This document shows positions 13,300 to 25,419 of a stretch of 64,000 nucleotides of DNA, one piece after another. A program made the position numbers and the translations under genes. The stretch is from the NCBI GenBank assembly GCA_965655095.1, contig OZ296659.1, positions 35,092,001-35,156,000 on the forward strand. The letters are read 5' to 3'. The DNA comes from Haplodiscus bocki (Eukaryota). Below the pieces are notes generated by a model. That model was not told the origin of the DNA. It saw only the letters and a program-made list of their open reading frames with translations, and did no database searches. Each line of letters begins with the position of its first letter. Within the stretch, counting starts at the first letter, position 1.

Positions 13300-14130
13300 A
13301 TCAGATGAAAATTCGAATGCCTTCCTATAATATTTATATCAGTCATCAACTCTTGCTTCCACAATCATTCGACTTCCAAAACATCACCCACTATACCCAG
13401 CCTCCGAAATCACTAATGATATCCTGCTTCGAATTAGAGCCATATTATCCTGCTTTCAACTTTATACATCAGGCCCAACTTCTCAAATTACCTATCATAT
13501 CCTGCTTCCAATTACATCAATATCATCTGGCGTCTAATATCAAGCTCAGCTTTAAACTACATTCATTTTATTCCAAATCCAGCAACGCCCATTTTATCAG
13601 GCATCCAACAACATGCATCATACCTAGCTAGCTACCAAAATCACCCTTCATACACTGCTTCCAATTTCACTAAAATACTCTGGACTCCAATATCATACCC
13701 AGCTTTAAACTACATCCATTTCAGTCCAATTCCAGAAACGTCCACTTTATCGAGCTTCCAACATCATACATCATACGCAGCTTCCAAAATCATACATCCT
13801 ATCCAATTTCCGATTGCATCCATTCTATCATGCTTCTAATATCATACCCCATCCATACCCAGCTTCCAACTACATCTATCTTATCAAGCTTACAAAATCA
13901 CACATCATACTCAGCTTCCAATACCATACATCATATCCGACCTCCAATTTCATCAATTTTATCCTGCTTTCAAAATCTTCTGGCTAATTCACTTTTCAAT
14001 TATATCCATATTATCAAGCTTCGAATATCATATACATTATCTGGCCTCTAATCACATCTATATTATATTTCACTCCTATTCAGCTTTTCATTACATCTAT
14101 ATTACCTTCATTATAACGAGCTTCCAAAAA
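13300..14130. repeat. Degenerate minisatellite (CATCATA..CAGCTTCCAA-type units) with a ~153-bp higher-order duplication; probable subterminal repeat of the old Polinton
   Basis: Recurring (C)AGCTTCCAA and ATCATA(T/C) units; 13527-13643 and 13680-13793 are clear copies. Confidence 0.75.
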
Positions 14131-14689
14131 TAGGAACAGATAACTTTCACTGCACCAATAGCTTCCGTTTGTTAGCTAAATCGGTAGAGCAGGTAATCTC
14201 GTTATAACTCACATGAAGCTAACACAGTAGCGTTTAATATTTACTTGTCATTGCTATTGTTTGAGTTTAGTTTTTGTTAGATGGATGTTGTTGGTTTTGC
14301 AAAATTTAATATTTGCATCATAATGATAATGTACAAACGAATGTATTACGCTTTAGTTGACCGAATAATTTTTACAACCAGAAATAAGTGGCAAGTTTCA
14401 CAATTTGAGATTCGAAAATGTCAATTTTGATGATTGACTGGAAGTAGGTGCGAATTTGAAAAAAGTTTCGATCTTTTGTTCACTGAAGTCAACCATTTCG
14501 ACAGCTCGAGATTTTCACATGTTACTTTTTGTGGGGACACCTGATACACTGCCCACTCAGTCTCGTTTTCAAAATTATTTGAAATATCAACTTTCAGAAG
14601 GCTGTTCATTTTTTAGACCAATATTCAAAAATTTCGCACATTTCAGAAATCGAAAATAAGCACATACCCGCCAAAATGTTTCAATAAGG

Positions 14690-14820
14690 GCCTTTTTTGA
14701 CTGTTCACGCTAGATGACTAGACTCTCATATGACGGCACAAATTGCACGTTTTGAACAGGGTAAAAAATTTGATGCATAAGCCTATTTCTAATACACAGT
14801 GTTCCTTTCAGTTAGAATGA
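14690..14820 (+). repeat. Dispersed repeat family A, copy 1
   Basis: 'TGCACGTTTTGAACAG...GCATAAGC...TTTCAGTTAGAATG' matches 19690-19820 and 35900-36030. Confidence 0.6.
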
Positions 14821-16199
14821 GTGAAAAATTAAACGATTCCCTTAAAATTCTCGACTTGCTTCAAATCCAACAAAGGCCTTTGAATATTAAAAAGTTAAAT
14901 CACTGAATACATTACTATACGGGAGCCTTTTAGTAATAACTACAGCGCCGACTAGAAACCAAAAAAGGCTGCAAAGGTTATCACATTCAGATGAAGAAGC
15001 TAGAAATTGCAATAGATGAAGTAGCTTCAGGCTGCACCGAAGAAGAATCCAACATCGAAAGTTGTTAGGAATACATTTTCCCGGTCAAATTGAGTGTCCT
15101 TTCTTTTATCAAACTTCATTATCTCATCATTTTTCGAATTACACCAAAAAGAACCTTCCGCATAATTTCACTAAACTGTTTTTCGCTCGACGTTTAATTA
15201 CAAAAAATGAGCAAGTGAAGATTTCGTTCCATTAAAATATTGGAAAAATAACCGTCGAAAAATCTAATTCAAAAATTGAAAAAAATCGTATTCTAAGTGA
15301 ATTCACTTTCAGTTCGAGTTTTTCAATTTTCTAAAATAGATTTTTTGACGGTGATTTTGTCCCATATTCTAATTAAACTAAACTTTTTGGATTTGCAATT
15401 CAAAAACACGTTTTATTTCCATCAATTTTCATCAGCGTAATTAGGAGGTTTAAGGGAAACGGAGGCTGAACACGTCGACAATCACAGCACAATTCACTCA
15501 ACAAAATCATATTACTCAAAAAAAAAAACATTTTTCACTATAAAGCAATTAATTTCAAATAAAACTAATGAGGTAGCGTATCGATTGAGACACCTGAGCA
15601 TTTTTGATCCCGTGTTAACCCCCAAAAAACTGCTTTCATCTTCCCGCCATTGCATTGTTGCGGCCCACCCTTTATGAAAACGAATGTTCAAGAAAACGGT
15701 TTTGACATATTTAGTAGAGTGACTACGGAGTGAAGAAGTGAAAGGAGACACCAGACCAACGCATGCCGCCAATGCATTCTTTTAAGAGTATAACCATAGA
15801 GTGCCACCGGTGAACTTACTTCTCGGTTATTTCATGCCAGTAAACTTTTGGATGCCGAGTTTACGCTGTGTCTACGTCCCGACACAAAGAAAAAAGGTAA
15901 CTGTGACTTTCATTTGGTTAAAAATGCGTCGCCACAAGAATAGGATCTCGTACCCCAAAGGTTGCAGGATCATCAGGGCGAAATACATTTGACAGAAATT
16001 TTGAATTTGATTCCAAATCAATCTCTGCTCATACTAAATAAAAGTTAGAGAAACAAATTCAGAGATAGTGATAATTGAACTATCCCTTTTTTGGATAATT
16101 TTTCGAAGGCAAAGATGACACGCAAGAACTGTTCCACTTGAATGTATAAAAAAACTAAGTTTTTGTATGACATCCAGTTAGACAAAATTGGAATGAGTT

Positions 16200-19000
16200 T
16201 TCATAGAATCATTTCGAAAACGGATCAAGACCTCAATTTCTTCTACTTTACAGATCCGAAACGCAGTTACGTTGCCAAAGGCTCCTTTCAATGAATGATC
16301 TCCGATATTCAGAACTTGATGCTGCCGGGAAAAATGCACAGCACATAACTCCCGAAAAGGTTGTCTTGCCCAACTCTTCGCCTGTCTCAGACTACAGCCG
16401 ATTTCAAAAAACAGCTAAAGGGTGCTTACCGCAAGGTTCGAAAAGGATGGAACTACTCCTGCAATCAATCCTGAGCTATCGAAAGCTTCAACGAAGTGTG
16501 GATCAAATGGCGCTAAGATCTGACATCTCAGTCAAATGCAAAAATGGCGACAACCGGCTCCTGGACATCTCTTCGAAAAAAATGCCAATAAAAAACTCCA
16601 GCTCTCCCAACAAGCAGATCCACTACCAAAGCTTGGTTTTCTGCTAAGAGGAAAACATTGCATTGAATTCAAAAACAGGCATCAAGTGACCAAAACATTA
16701 ACTGCTAAGATGTTAGAAACAGAGCTGAAACTGTGCTTCGCAATCATTTTCGATACATAACAGCCGTCCTACTGACTGTTATATAAAAATTTTCGATGTA
16801 AGGGTCACTTACAACAAAACTAACAAAATCCAGCAAAATTTGGCGACTCGAGTTCCTGTATATTCAAAAAACTAGCTCAATTTTCGAATTGAATAAAAAA
16901 ACTGGTTCCATTGTTGGAGTATATGACAGAAAATTGAGGATGAAAAACAATGGAGAGAAAAAAATGGCACATTGAAAAACTTCCAAGTACCGAAAATTGC
17001 ACAAAAGCTATATGTACAAACGCGATGAATAGTTTTCAAGGAAAACACTTCTGACGAAAGATCAAAGTAAAAAATCCTTCGATCTTCCTCTTACAACTTG
17101 AAATTTTAGCCAGAAAAGTATGAGTCGGAACAATTCTGCTCCTCCAAGAACTCTCCGGAGAGCATCTAGTCGGTCAACATCGGATCAAAAATCGTCCAGA
17201 AAAACGCCATCGACGAACGACAAGTAAAAATACTCAGAGATTTATAGAAGCTCACGGTAGCCGACATTTGAATCAGCTACAAGGACCCTAAAAAAGATTA
17301 GTATCAAGAAAAAGTTACAACGAACAGCAAGAAAAAAATACCTTCGATTTCTCCGGACAAAATTTGAAAATATGAAATTCCAACAGTTTGTTAGAAGCTC
17401 CGGGCAGGAAGTAGATGAATCAACTTTGAACGGGCCTAATCTGAACATCGACTATCAATAAGAACACTTCCGATGAACGATACAACAGCCCCTTCCGCTT
17501 TTTCTAACAACTTATGGTATTTCGCTATTAAAGAATATTCAGGCAGCTTGGCAACACCTCCTCGCGGCAATTAGTTTTTTCAATTGGATGGACTCAATCC
17601 TGATACTAATGTGAACGAAAAGAAAAATAAACTCCGAAAAAAACATGCTCGACTAACAAAACAAAAGGTACACTATTCTGCGACAGAAAGAAAGGCGCCG
17701 ACAGCGACATGTTTAAAGATTCGGATGAACACAATCCCAACATAAGTCATTGAAGAAAAAAACTTCAACGAACAACACAAGAAAGAAAACATCTTTAATT
17801 TTTCTGACACAAAAATTATGATAATTCACGACAAAAGTTGATCAGATAACCCCAGGTAATCATAGGAGGCAAGAAGCAGCCATATGTTAAATCAGCACTC
17901 AATCGATCTGATCCGCGTATTAGGTATCAAAACATTTAAATAACAAGGCAATCGAAAACATCTTTGATTTTTCGAGCACAGCTTAAGATATTAGCCGGGA
18001 AAATTGAAAAAATAACAAGCTGGCTGCCCGACAAAAGCTACTGGCACCGAGTATAGAAAACAGTGCTGGTTGGACCCAATCAGAACATTATTTACTCAGA
18101 AAAACACTTTTCAACAGATGGCGAAAGTAAAAAAACGACAATTTTTCAAAATCAAGTCAAAAACTTCGTCAGAATAACATAAACACTTACTACCTGCCGC
18201 TCCACCGGACTTTTTAGCTAGCAGAAAATCGAAAAAATCGAATTAGTGAATGATCGACGCATTTCATCCACTAGCTATCAAGAAAATAACTTTCGAAAGA
18301 CAGCTGAAAAAAGTTTAATTAATAAGATGAACTCATCAAGAGTTTCAAAAGTAAATGTAGTTATTTTTATTGAGAAAGAGTTTGATAGTTAACAGTACCC
18401 ATAATTTGAAAAATAACACCACAAACCTCTTGCATTAGCACCGATAAATCATCTCCCAAAATTGAAAAACAGTAAATTCATGCAACAAATGTTCAAAAAA
18501 TTCGGGAAAACCACTGTTTGTTGTGATTACTCCCACATCAACATATTCCGGCAACAATACTAACGCTAATTCCTGAACTTCTTTGGGAGGTCACAGAATG
18601 CTGTATTCGTCAAAATTAGAGGAACAAAAAAACAAGCCCACTTCCATTTGTCCAAAATTAGCAGAAAATTTACAATTTGCGATTCCAATTGAGAGCAGAC
18701 TTTCATGGCACGATTTGCCATATTGCCCTGGTACACGAAGCAAAGGTGAAAATTATAATTCCTAAATTCGAAAATTAATTTGTTTGGGAAAAGTTTTGCT
18801 TGGGCCAATAAATAAAGCGCGACACAGAACTTCGAACAAAAACCGAGAATACGGTTAACTTATCTCTTGGAGACCGCCACAAAATATTTGTGAGCTGCAG
18901 CTTCAGCACGTCTAATGGGTTCCGGAAATGGAACACTGGTTAAAGATTACGTATAGTATTTGAGAAAAAAAAAGAAGAGGTTACAACCTAGAATTCTACA
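16200..19000 (+). mobile_element. Highly decayed Gypsy-like LTR retrotransposon pol remnant
   Basis: Order of faint motifs: protease-like 'IIFDT' (~16745), RT-like segment (~17400-17600), RNaseH-like, integrase HHCC-like (~18530-18760) and 'FAGP'-like (~18795). Confidence 0.35.
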
Positions 19001-19469
19001 TGCACCGGTAAAAATTAAGAGTTAAAAAGGTCTAGGGTTCGGTTCATCAATCATGATCCTAGGATTGTACAACGTCAAAAACAACGCTTATAACTTGACT
19101 TAACACTTAATCTACTTGAATTCTTTTTTGTTTCGGCTAATAACTCCGGCGCGTGAAAAAAAACTCGAAAAATTTGCCCTATTCCAATGCAATTTTCAAT
19201 CTTGAAAGGAGAACCAAAACTCAGTTGCTCCGATGATTCGTCCGTTAAAAAGTTATCGTCTCTCGAAGTTAAAAAGTTGTGAAATATTCCGCTAAATACT
19301 AAAGAGGCCAAGCGAAACTTCGCAACACATTCTGCCTTGTCACGGATTCCCAGAGACATTTAAACAATGATCGGAGATGTGATGGACACTTTTCGAAATA
19401 CTACACCAGCTGTCAATCAGGAGCTTGTTCGGAAAAGTCAAAAGCAGCCGCAGGGTCTCATTCAAAAAC

Positions 19470-19830
19470 TTGACACGTCAGCCATGTCTTTTCAAGTTAC
19501 ACCATTTTGCTGCTCAATCTTTAAGTTTGATCAGTGAACAACGTGAAAATGAACAAGTACCTGCCAGTCTCATTCAAAAATTGGTAAACCACACATGTCT
19601 TTTCAGCTTACGCCATTTTCCTTCCCAATGTTTCAGAAGTCTGCAGAGTAAACAAGGCGAAACTGAACAAGTACCTGCCAAAAAAGGCCATTTTTAATCG
19701 TTTTCACAAGATGACTAGGCTATCTGACGATATCAAAAAATGCACGTTTTGGACAGTTTAAAAAACGTAAGCATAAGCTGGTTTCCAATTCACATTCTTC
19801 CATTCAGTCAGAATGTGGAAAACAAAAATC
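19470..19830 (+). repeat. Dispersed repeat family A, copy 2 (internal CATGTCTTTTCA..TTAC..CATTTT duplication)
   Basis: Shared with 35185-36030 and 14690-14820. Confidence 0.65.
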
Positions 19831-20399
19831 TCGAAAATGGCAAAGTGGGGACAATAGGTCGTTCTCGCTCCATTGGAAGCCCTGAAAAGCGACAGCTCAG
19901 TTGTGTCGAACTGGATGACAAAAAGCTCGCCTAAAAATTAGATTCAAATTAGGAAAACCCAAAAAATTTGAAAAAGCCACTCTCTGAAATGGAGATGCGA
20001 AATTAAAAACGTGTAACTTAAATAAAGAAGATATGAAGCTCAACCGAAACTTAATAGTTGAATTCAGGTGATCTGAAGAATTAGGTACAAGAAAAGCACT
20101 TACATTTGACAAAAATCTCATAAATTGCCAAAATCAGCTCGATTTTCAAGTTTCTTTCTCAAAAAACCCATCTGAATTTGTTCTAAAATCAACCAAATCT
20201 TATAGTTTAGTTAATGAGGGTGTTTTTGTAAAATTGTAAAACCAGAAAAAACCATCAATCCTATGAATGGGTGACAAAATATTGAGCTTTGAAATAAAAA
20301 TTCTGATTTAAACTTTCAACAGTAGAAAACAAATTTTGCCAGAAAAAATTGTTCTGTTGGTATCGGAAACTTCAAACTTTATTCTGCTTGCTTCATAAT

Positions 20400-22000
20400 A
20401 AACGTGCACAGATATAACGGTAAGAATCTCATTCAACTGCAAATACAAGTAACGTCAGTTGAGAAAAGTCAAAGTGTCCGATTCCACCGTGTCCGATTTG
20501 GGTGAAAATCAATGTCGTACTTGAAAAATTTTTTGCCTTCGATATCGAAAAGCAACAAAAAAGTCAAGAACGAGCCAAAGTAACCTGAAAACATTCAACT
20601 TCGCTTGTAGTGTCAAGACTGCCCACTGAGCAGTCTATGCTGGGACAAGAAGCTCAGTGATGAATACGGATGATCTCTATTGTGATACCAATCGCAAGCC
20701 GACACTATGTTGAGAGCATAAGTAGGGCACATTTTATATACTACGCATCATTCTTTTCCGGATTTTATTCTTGGATATTATCATTTCCACTTTGTTGGGT
20801 TTCACCGAGTAGAAAAATTGAATTTTCATTAGAAAGATTCGGACACTCAATCTGCAAATTCAGAGCATTTTTGAGCATAAAGAAATTACTATGCAATTCA
20901 AACCAATCATGAGTCTTAGTGGCATACTTCGTGCATCTATTAAGCCATAATACCTTGTTCCTCCGCAAAGTGACTAAAAACTAAATGAAAACGTTAAACG
21001 AATGGAGTATATTCCTTTCATTTAACTAACTTCGTCGAAACTATTGGGACGAATGAAGACAAAAAGGACACAGAGGCGAAGCTGTGATTTGCATAACTGG
21101 CGAAGACCTTGAAGAAGGGGATCGACTTATTGGCCACCGACGATATACGTAAAGTTTTCATAAAGGCACACATTACAAAAAATATGTTTTCACTTGAAAA
21201 ATAAATGCCAAATACAGCTGCTCAGAAGCAACCCTGCCTGTCAGGCCTCAAATTAGGCGTTGGATAGCCGCAATCCAACTGATTGTCTCCTAGAAATCTT
21301 TGAGAAAGACGCATAGTAGAAGTTCTCGAAACTCGAGTTCAAAAAAATTCTCCTGGAAAGTATGAAAAAGGATATATCTAGTACTGCGTATATTCTCCAT
21401 ATTGCCCTATTTCAAATGAAGACCGGATGCCCCCAATTCAACCGCTGGTCTTCCAGAGAATGGACTTTGAAAAGAGTCGATCAAAAACTTCTCGAAAACC
21501 AACTAAAAATATTTCAAGGACCGGGACATGCCTGATTCTTTGCAAAATCTTCACATTTCAAGATTTTGAAGGACCACTGCATGGGATCAATTCAACGGGC
21601 AGCCTCCAGAAAAACAACGTTGAAAAAGGACGCAAGTAAAGAAGTTTGAAACTCCAACTACAAGTCAAACTTTTCGCGTGGAACGTATGAAACGGGAAAA
21701 CCGATCGACTCCGCATATTTCACACGCTTTCTTATCAACCCTCAATACCTGTCATACGAATAGTCCTCTCAAGAGAAAAACAACTTCCAGAAAGATCCAA
21801 GTAAAAAAAGTTACACATTCCAAATCAAAAGCCAAGAAAACTCGCACCTGCTATAATGAAAAAAATTAACTATTAGAAACCAGGTACACAATTTTTCTAA
21901 GCAAATTCGACGGCAAATATAGTTAGAATTAACCATAGGTTCCAATCAAATGAAGCAAAAAAGACTTGAAACTTCAAAAAACCACCGAAAAGTGATGAAA
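20400..22000 (+). mobile_element. Decayed Gypsy-like RNaseH/integrase remnant
   Basis: 'FAFDI', 'SRLP', 'KFSWK.MKKDI' (integrase zinc-binding region), 'PIQP..FQRMD', 'TCHTNSP' in the expected order. Confidence 0.4.
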
Positions 22001-23289
22001 TTCATGATTTATGGCAACGCTGTTTCCGCGGAAAATTGCGAGAAATTGCATAGCACACTTTTTGCTGGAATGTTTTGTCTTGGATTAGTGCAAAAACTTT
22101 GCATTTTCAGGCTAAATTATTTCTCGGTGAAGATCCAGATTCAACAAGCCGAGCACAGCTCAAAGCCGGCGCAGCCCATCGGTAGGACAGAAGATTTGAA
22201 TGAAACATAGAAAAGGTCACAGTTCTTATGTCAATTTTTGCCTCATATCGCCAAAAAATAATGATGTTTCTGATAATTGCTTTGACATTGAGTGAGAGAG
22301 CATTACGAAAAAACTCGATATGCGTTTTCATAATAAAATTTGGTGTTTCGCGAAATCAAGACGGAGTATCAGCGTTGTCAGCTTATTGAAGAGGACACTG
22401 CAAACAATCAACTGCTAAACCATGTTTCTACCCTGTACTTTGCAACATTTGCGCCAACGGAATACTACTGAACAAATCGAACAAGTATAACCGATCTTTA
22501 AAGCGTCCACGGTACCAGGGCCCACTAAATATAAATAGCATGTTACCGGTAATTACGAACGGTTATTGGGAAAATGATTTCGAAAACTGTTTGATAGAAA
22601 AATAAAATTAGAAATATATAAAATACTTAGGATACGAAACTATAATGAGCATATTTAGCAAGTACTCATCAGGTAAAGTAAACTATTTATTTCAACTAAG
22701 TAACTATCTAGCAGTTTATTATTAACTACGTTAAGTCAGCATCAGATCCAATCGCCCGTTCATCTATGACTAACTAGCACAAGAGCGAAGAAAGAATGCA
22801 AAAGTTAGAAGAGCAGGGGGAAGGGGGTCAAAAGTTCTCGGTCGTTGGAAAATCAGAAGATGCAACATTAACAAAATCATTACATTGGCATCATTCACAC
22901 AAAGTTTGACGTACAATAAAACTTGCCTCATCGAGAACATAAAAATATTGAATCATACGAAAACGTCACCTCTGACAGCAAAGTCAGTATTCGGAAACCC
23001 TCAGTAGTCAAAACTACAGAACAAAAAGTCATCTTTGAACAGATGTCACGTTTTTGACCCTAGTTGACATTCAAAGGCAGGTTTGAATGTAGCTAAACAC
23101 ACCGAAGGTTCAACTTTTAAAATTTGAACTTAAACTTTATACATATGGACGAGGTCTAACGTCGCTTTCAGCATGTAGTATTTACATAATGCAAAGTTTT
23201 CTGAACTGAAAGTTGATTTTGAGCGCTAGAAAAGCTCTTGCTTCTTTAGCTAGTCCCAAAAATACAGTTGCTCAACACAGCCAGCTGGA

Positions 23290-23850
23290 GCCGCCTGTTA
23301 TGTCAGATGACAGACCCTTTATCTGGGTACAAAGATCGTTCCAAGTGGCGTTTGGACGCTCCATTAGATAATCTTGAGCTTTCCGTGGGAGATATCTAGG
23401 TCTAAGTGCTCGCAAACTGTAATCCATGTACCTTTGTCTTCCTTGTGCTGCTCGTTCTGCATTTTGTTGTCTATTTGGGACACCATTCATATGAAGTGTT
23501 TGCCATGAAGTTTTGAAAAGAAAATTTCGATATTGCAACGGAAACTTTGTTAAAAATTTTCACTCTGCAAGGAGTATTCGTTAATTTTTCCATGCAAGAT
23601 GTCTGAAGTTGCTGTTGACTAATAAAACATCATCTGAATGTAGCATGTAGAATTTCCATGCAAGGCCAACTAGGGATATCTTCAGGCCACTTGCTTCAGC
23701 AGAATTTCCATTTCTGTTCATTGAAGTTTCTGCGTTGCTTGGAACGTCCTATTATACTCCATTACACATGTATCAACACTTAAAACAACCACTTTTGGTT
23801 CCCAATTGCGGGAAGTACTTCGCAATTTTGTATTTTCCCATTTCAGAATT
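23290..23850 (-). mobile_element. LTR retrotransposon gag-like fragment
   Basis: 'QRYMDYSLRALRPRYLPRKAQDYLMERPNATWNDLCTQI' resembles a Gypsy gag capsid C-terminus (..GL.P.L...A..); no LTRs identified. Confidence 0.4.
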
Positions 23851-25233
23851 CTGAAGCTTTAAGCACGCATTCTAAGTTGATGAAAACTCCGCAGCTTCGT
23901 GGGGTGAGTTTCAATGAAGTACTCGGATTGTGCCTTTGATAATAACACAAATTACCGCGTCAGGGGAAACGAAGCAATTCCTGTCTCGGCTTTTAGAACT
24001 TGTCAAGGTTTATTTTGTATATTTGAAGCAATTGATAATAGTTAGCGTTTCCTATTAAAATTCACACCCTCGCTTATATTTTTCATTTAAAATTTGAGCT
24101 TCAAAATGAGCAAGATCGTTTTCTTTTTCAAAATCTGAAACCTTCATGGTGTCAACAAGGGCTTTCCATCGTGATCACTGCGCAATCAAATCAAAATGCT
24201 ATCCCCGACGAGGCAAGACACAGGTAAAATAAGATTCTGTCATTGGAAATTGGTGGCGGACATTATCGGGCCAGTTGAGAGAAACACAAAAGTGCGTCTC
24301 ATGCACACAAGCACACACGGAAATGAAAATAGCCCAAGTAATGGGTAATTTAGGAGTCTTTGAGGATTGCGATTGAAGACTCACACTCTAGATTCAATTC
24401 ATATGTTTAAAAACATTCCAGAATCCATTCTCGGGTAGCTAAGCGGGTTACTCGCGTTTTAACATACTTTGAAAATATATGCTCCTCTTTTCAGTCTTGA
24501 GAAACTAGGGTGACATCTTTGGATCCAGAGCAATACACACTGAATTCCTCATTTTAGTTGAGTTTACACTAAACATATGCCCCCTTGCATTACTCAAACC
24601 TAATTTGACGTCTTTTGATACAATGCGATTCCTGGAATCTTCAATTGCAAGAAAGAGGAACGAAAACTGACGCTCTGTAAATTTCGTTAAGAAATACCAC
24701 CCAGCAACTAACAAATTAGGTCACAAAGCACATTTCAGGCAGGAACTACTTTTGAGTTTCGACGTTTCTTTTCGAGTTTTCTCAAGTTTCCCACACTTGG
24801 GACAACAAATTTATACAGCAAGCGAAGTTTTTCACATTCTATACACTATCTAACTAAAAGTAACTAAATCAACTATATTAAATACTAAAATTGACTAAGG
24901 AAATATAAAGCCAAGGGATCTCTGATATTCTGCACACTCATGGTCCATATTAGTCGTCACAATAATTACATATTTGATTAGTACGGTTACATCATCAACA
25001 AAAAAGAGACAATTCTGGCTTTGAGCAATCATGTTTATCCTTTCCACTTTGTTTCATTCTCCGGTGGTCTTATCTTCTGCCCTTGATCTTTTCATCTACA
25101 AGATTCTGAGTTTGAACTTTTTAACTAGACACAAACAGTGCTAATAAGTTACTGAGAGGGTTCCAATGAGCTTCTGATGCAATAACTTCTGACGTCCAAT
25201 GCGTCATATGACGTAATAGTGTAGTGAGCAGGA

Positions 25234-25419
25234 TTACACAGATCGAGTGTTAATAATGAGCTTTGAGAAGTCGTTGACGATAGAACGACATTTGGGACAT
25301 TCCATTAACTCCACAGCACATGCCTCACACACTACCATACAATTGCAGGGCTGTAACGCAACAGATCGTTCTCGGAGTCCACAGCAGATACACAACACTT
25401 CTTGCCGACGACAAATCAT
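25234..25419 (-). CDS. unk: unkempt exon 13 (RING domain, stop)
   Basis: cttag|MICRRQEVLCICC...LQPCNCMVVCEAC...CPKCR...TAA. Confidence 0.88.
   Translation of the reverse strand: MICRRQEVLCICCGLRERSVALQPCNCMVVCEACAVELMECPKCRSIVNDFSKLIINTRSV

Larger units (their letters stand above)
1..14130. mobile_element. Ancient, heavily decayed Maverick/Polinton-like element (family distinct from the one at 49.6-62.4 kb); left end lies outside the window
   Basis: Hand translation across stops and frameshifts recovers an rve integrase (12600-13296), pPolB motifs (5560-12100), a penton-like gene (3820-4850) and probable MCP/ATPase fragments; subterminal tandem repeats at 13300-14130. Confidence 0.75.

Noticed and set aside
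13281-14051. ORFs of 116 and 73 aa
   Set aside because: Translations of the minisatellite
13300-14130. CRISPR-like array (also considered for 45000-47540)
   Set aside because: Eukaryotic context, degenerate units without unique spacers, no cas genes
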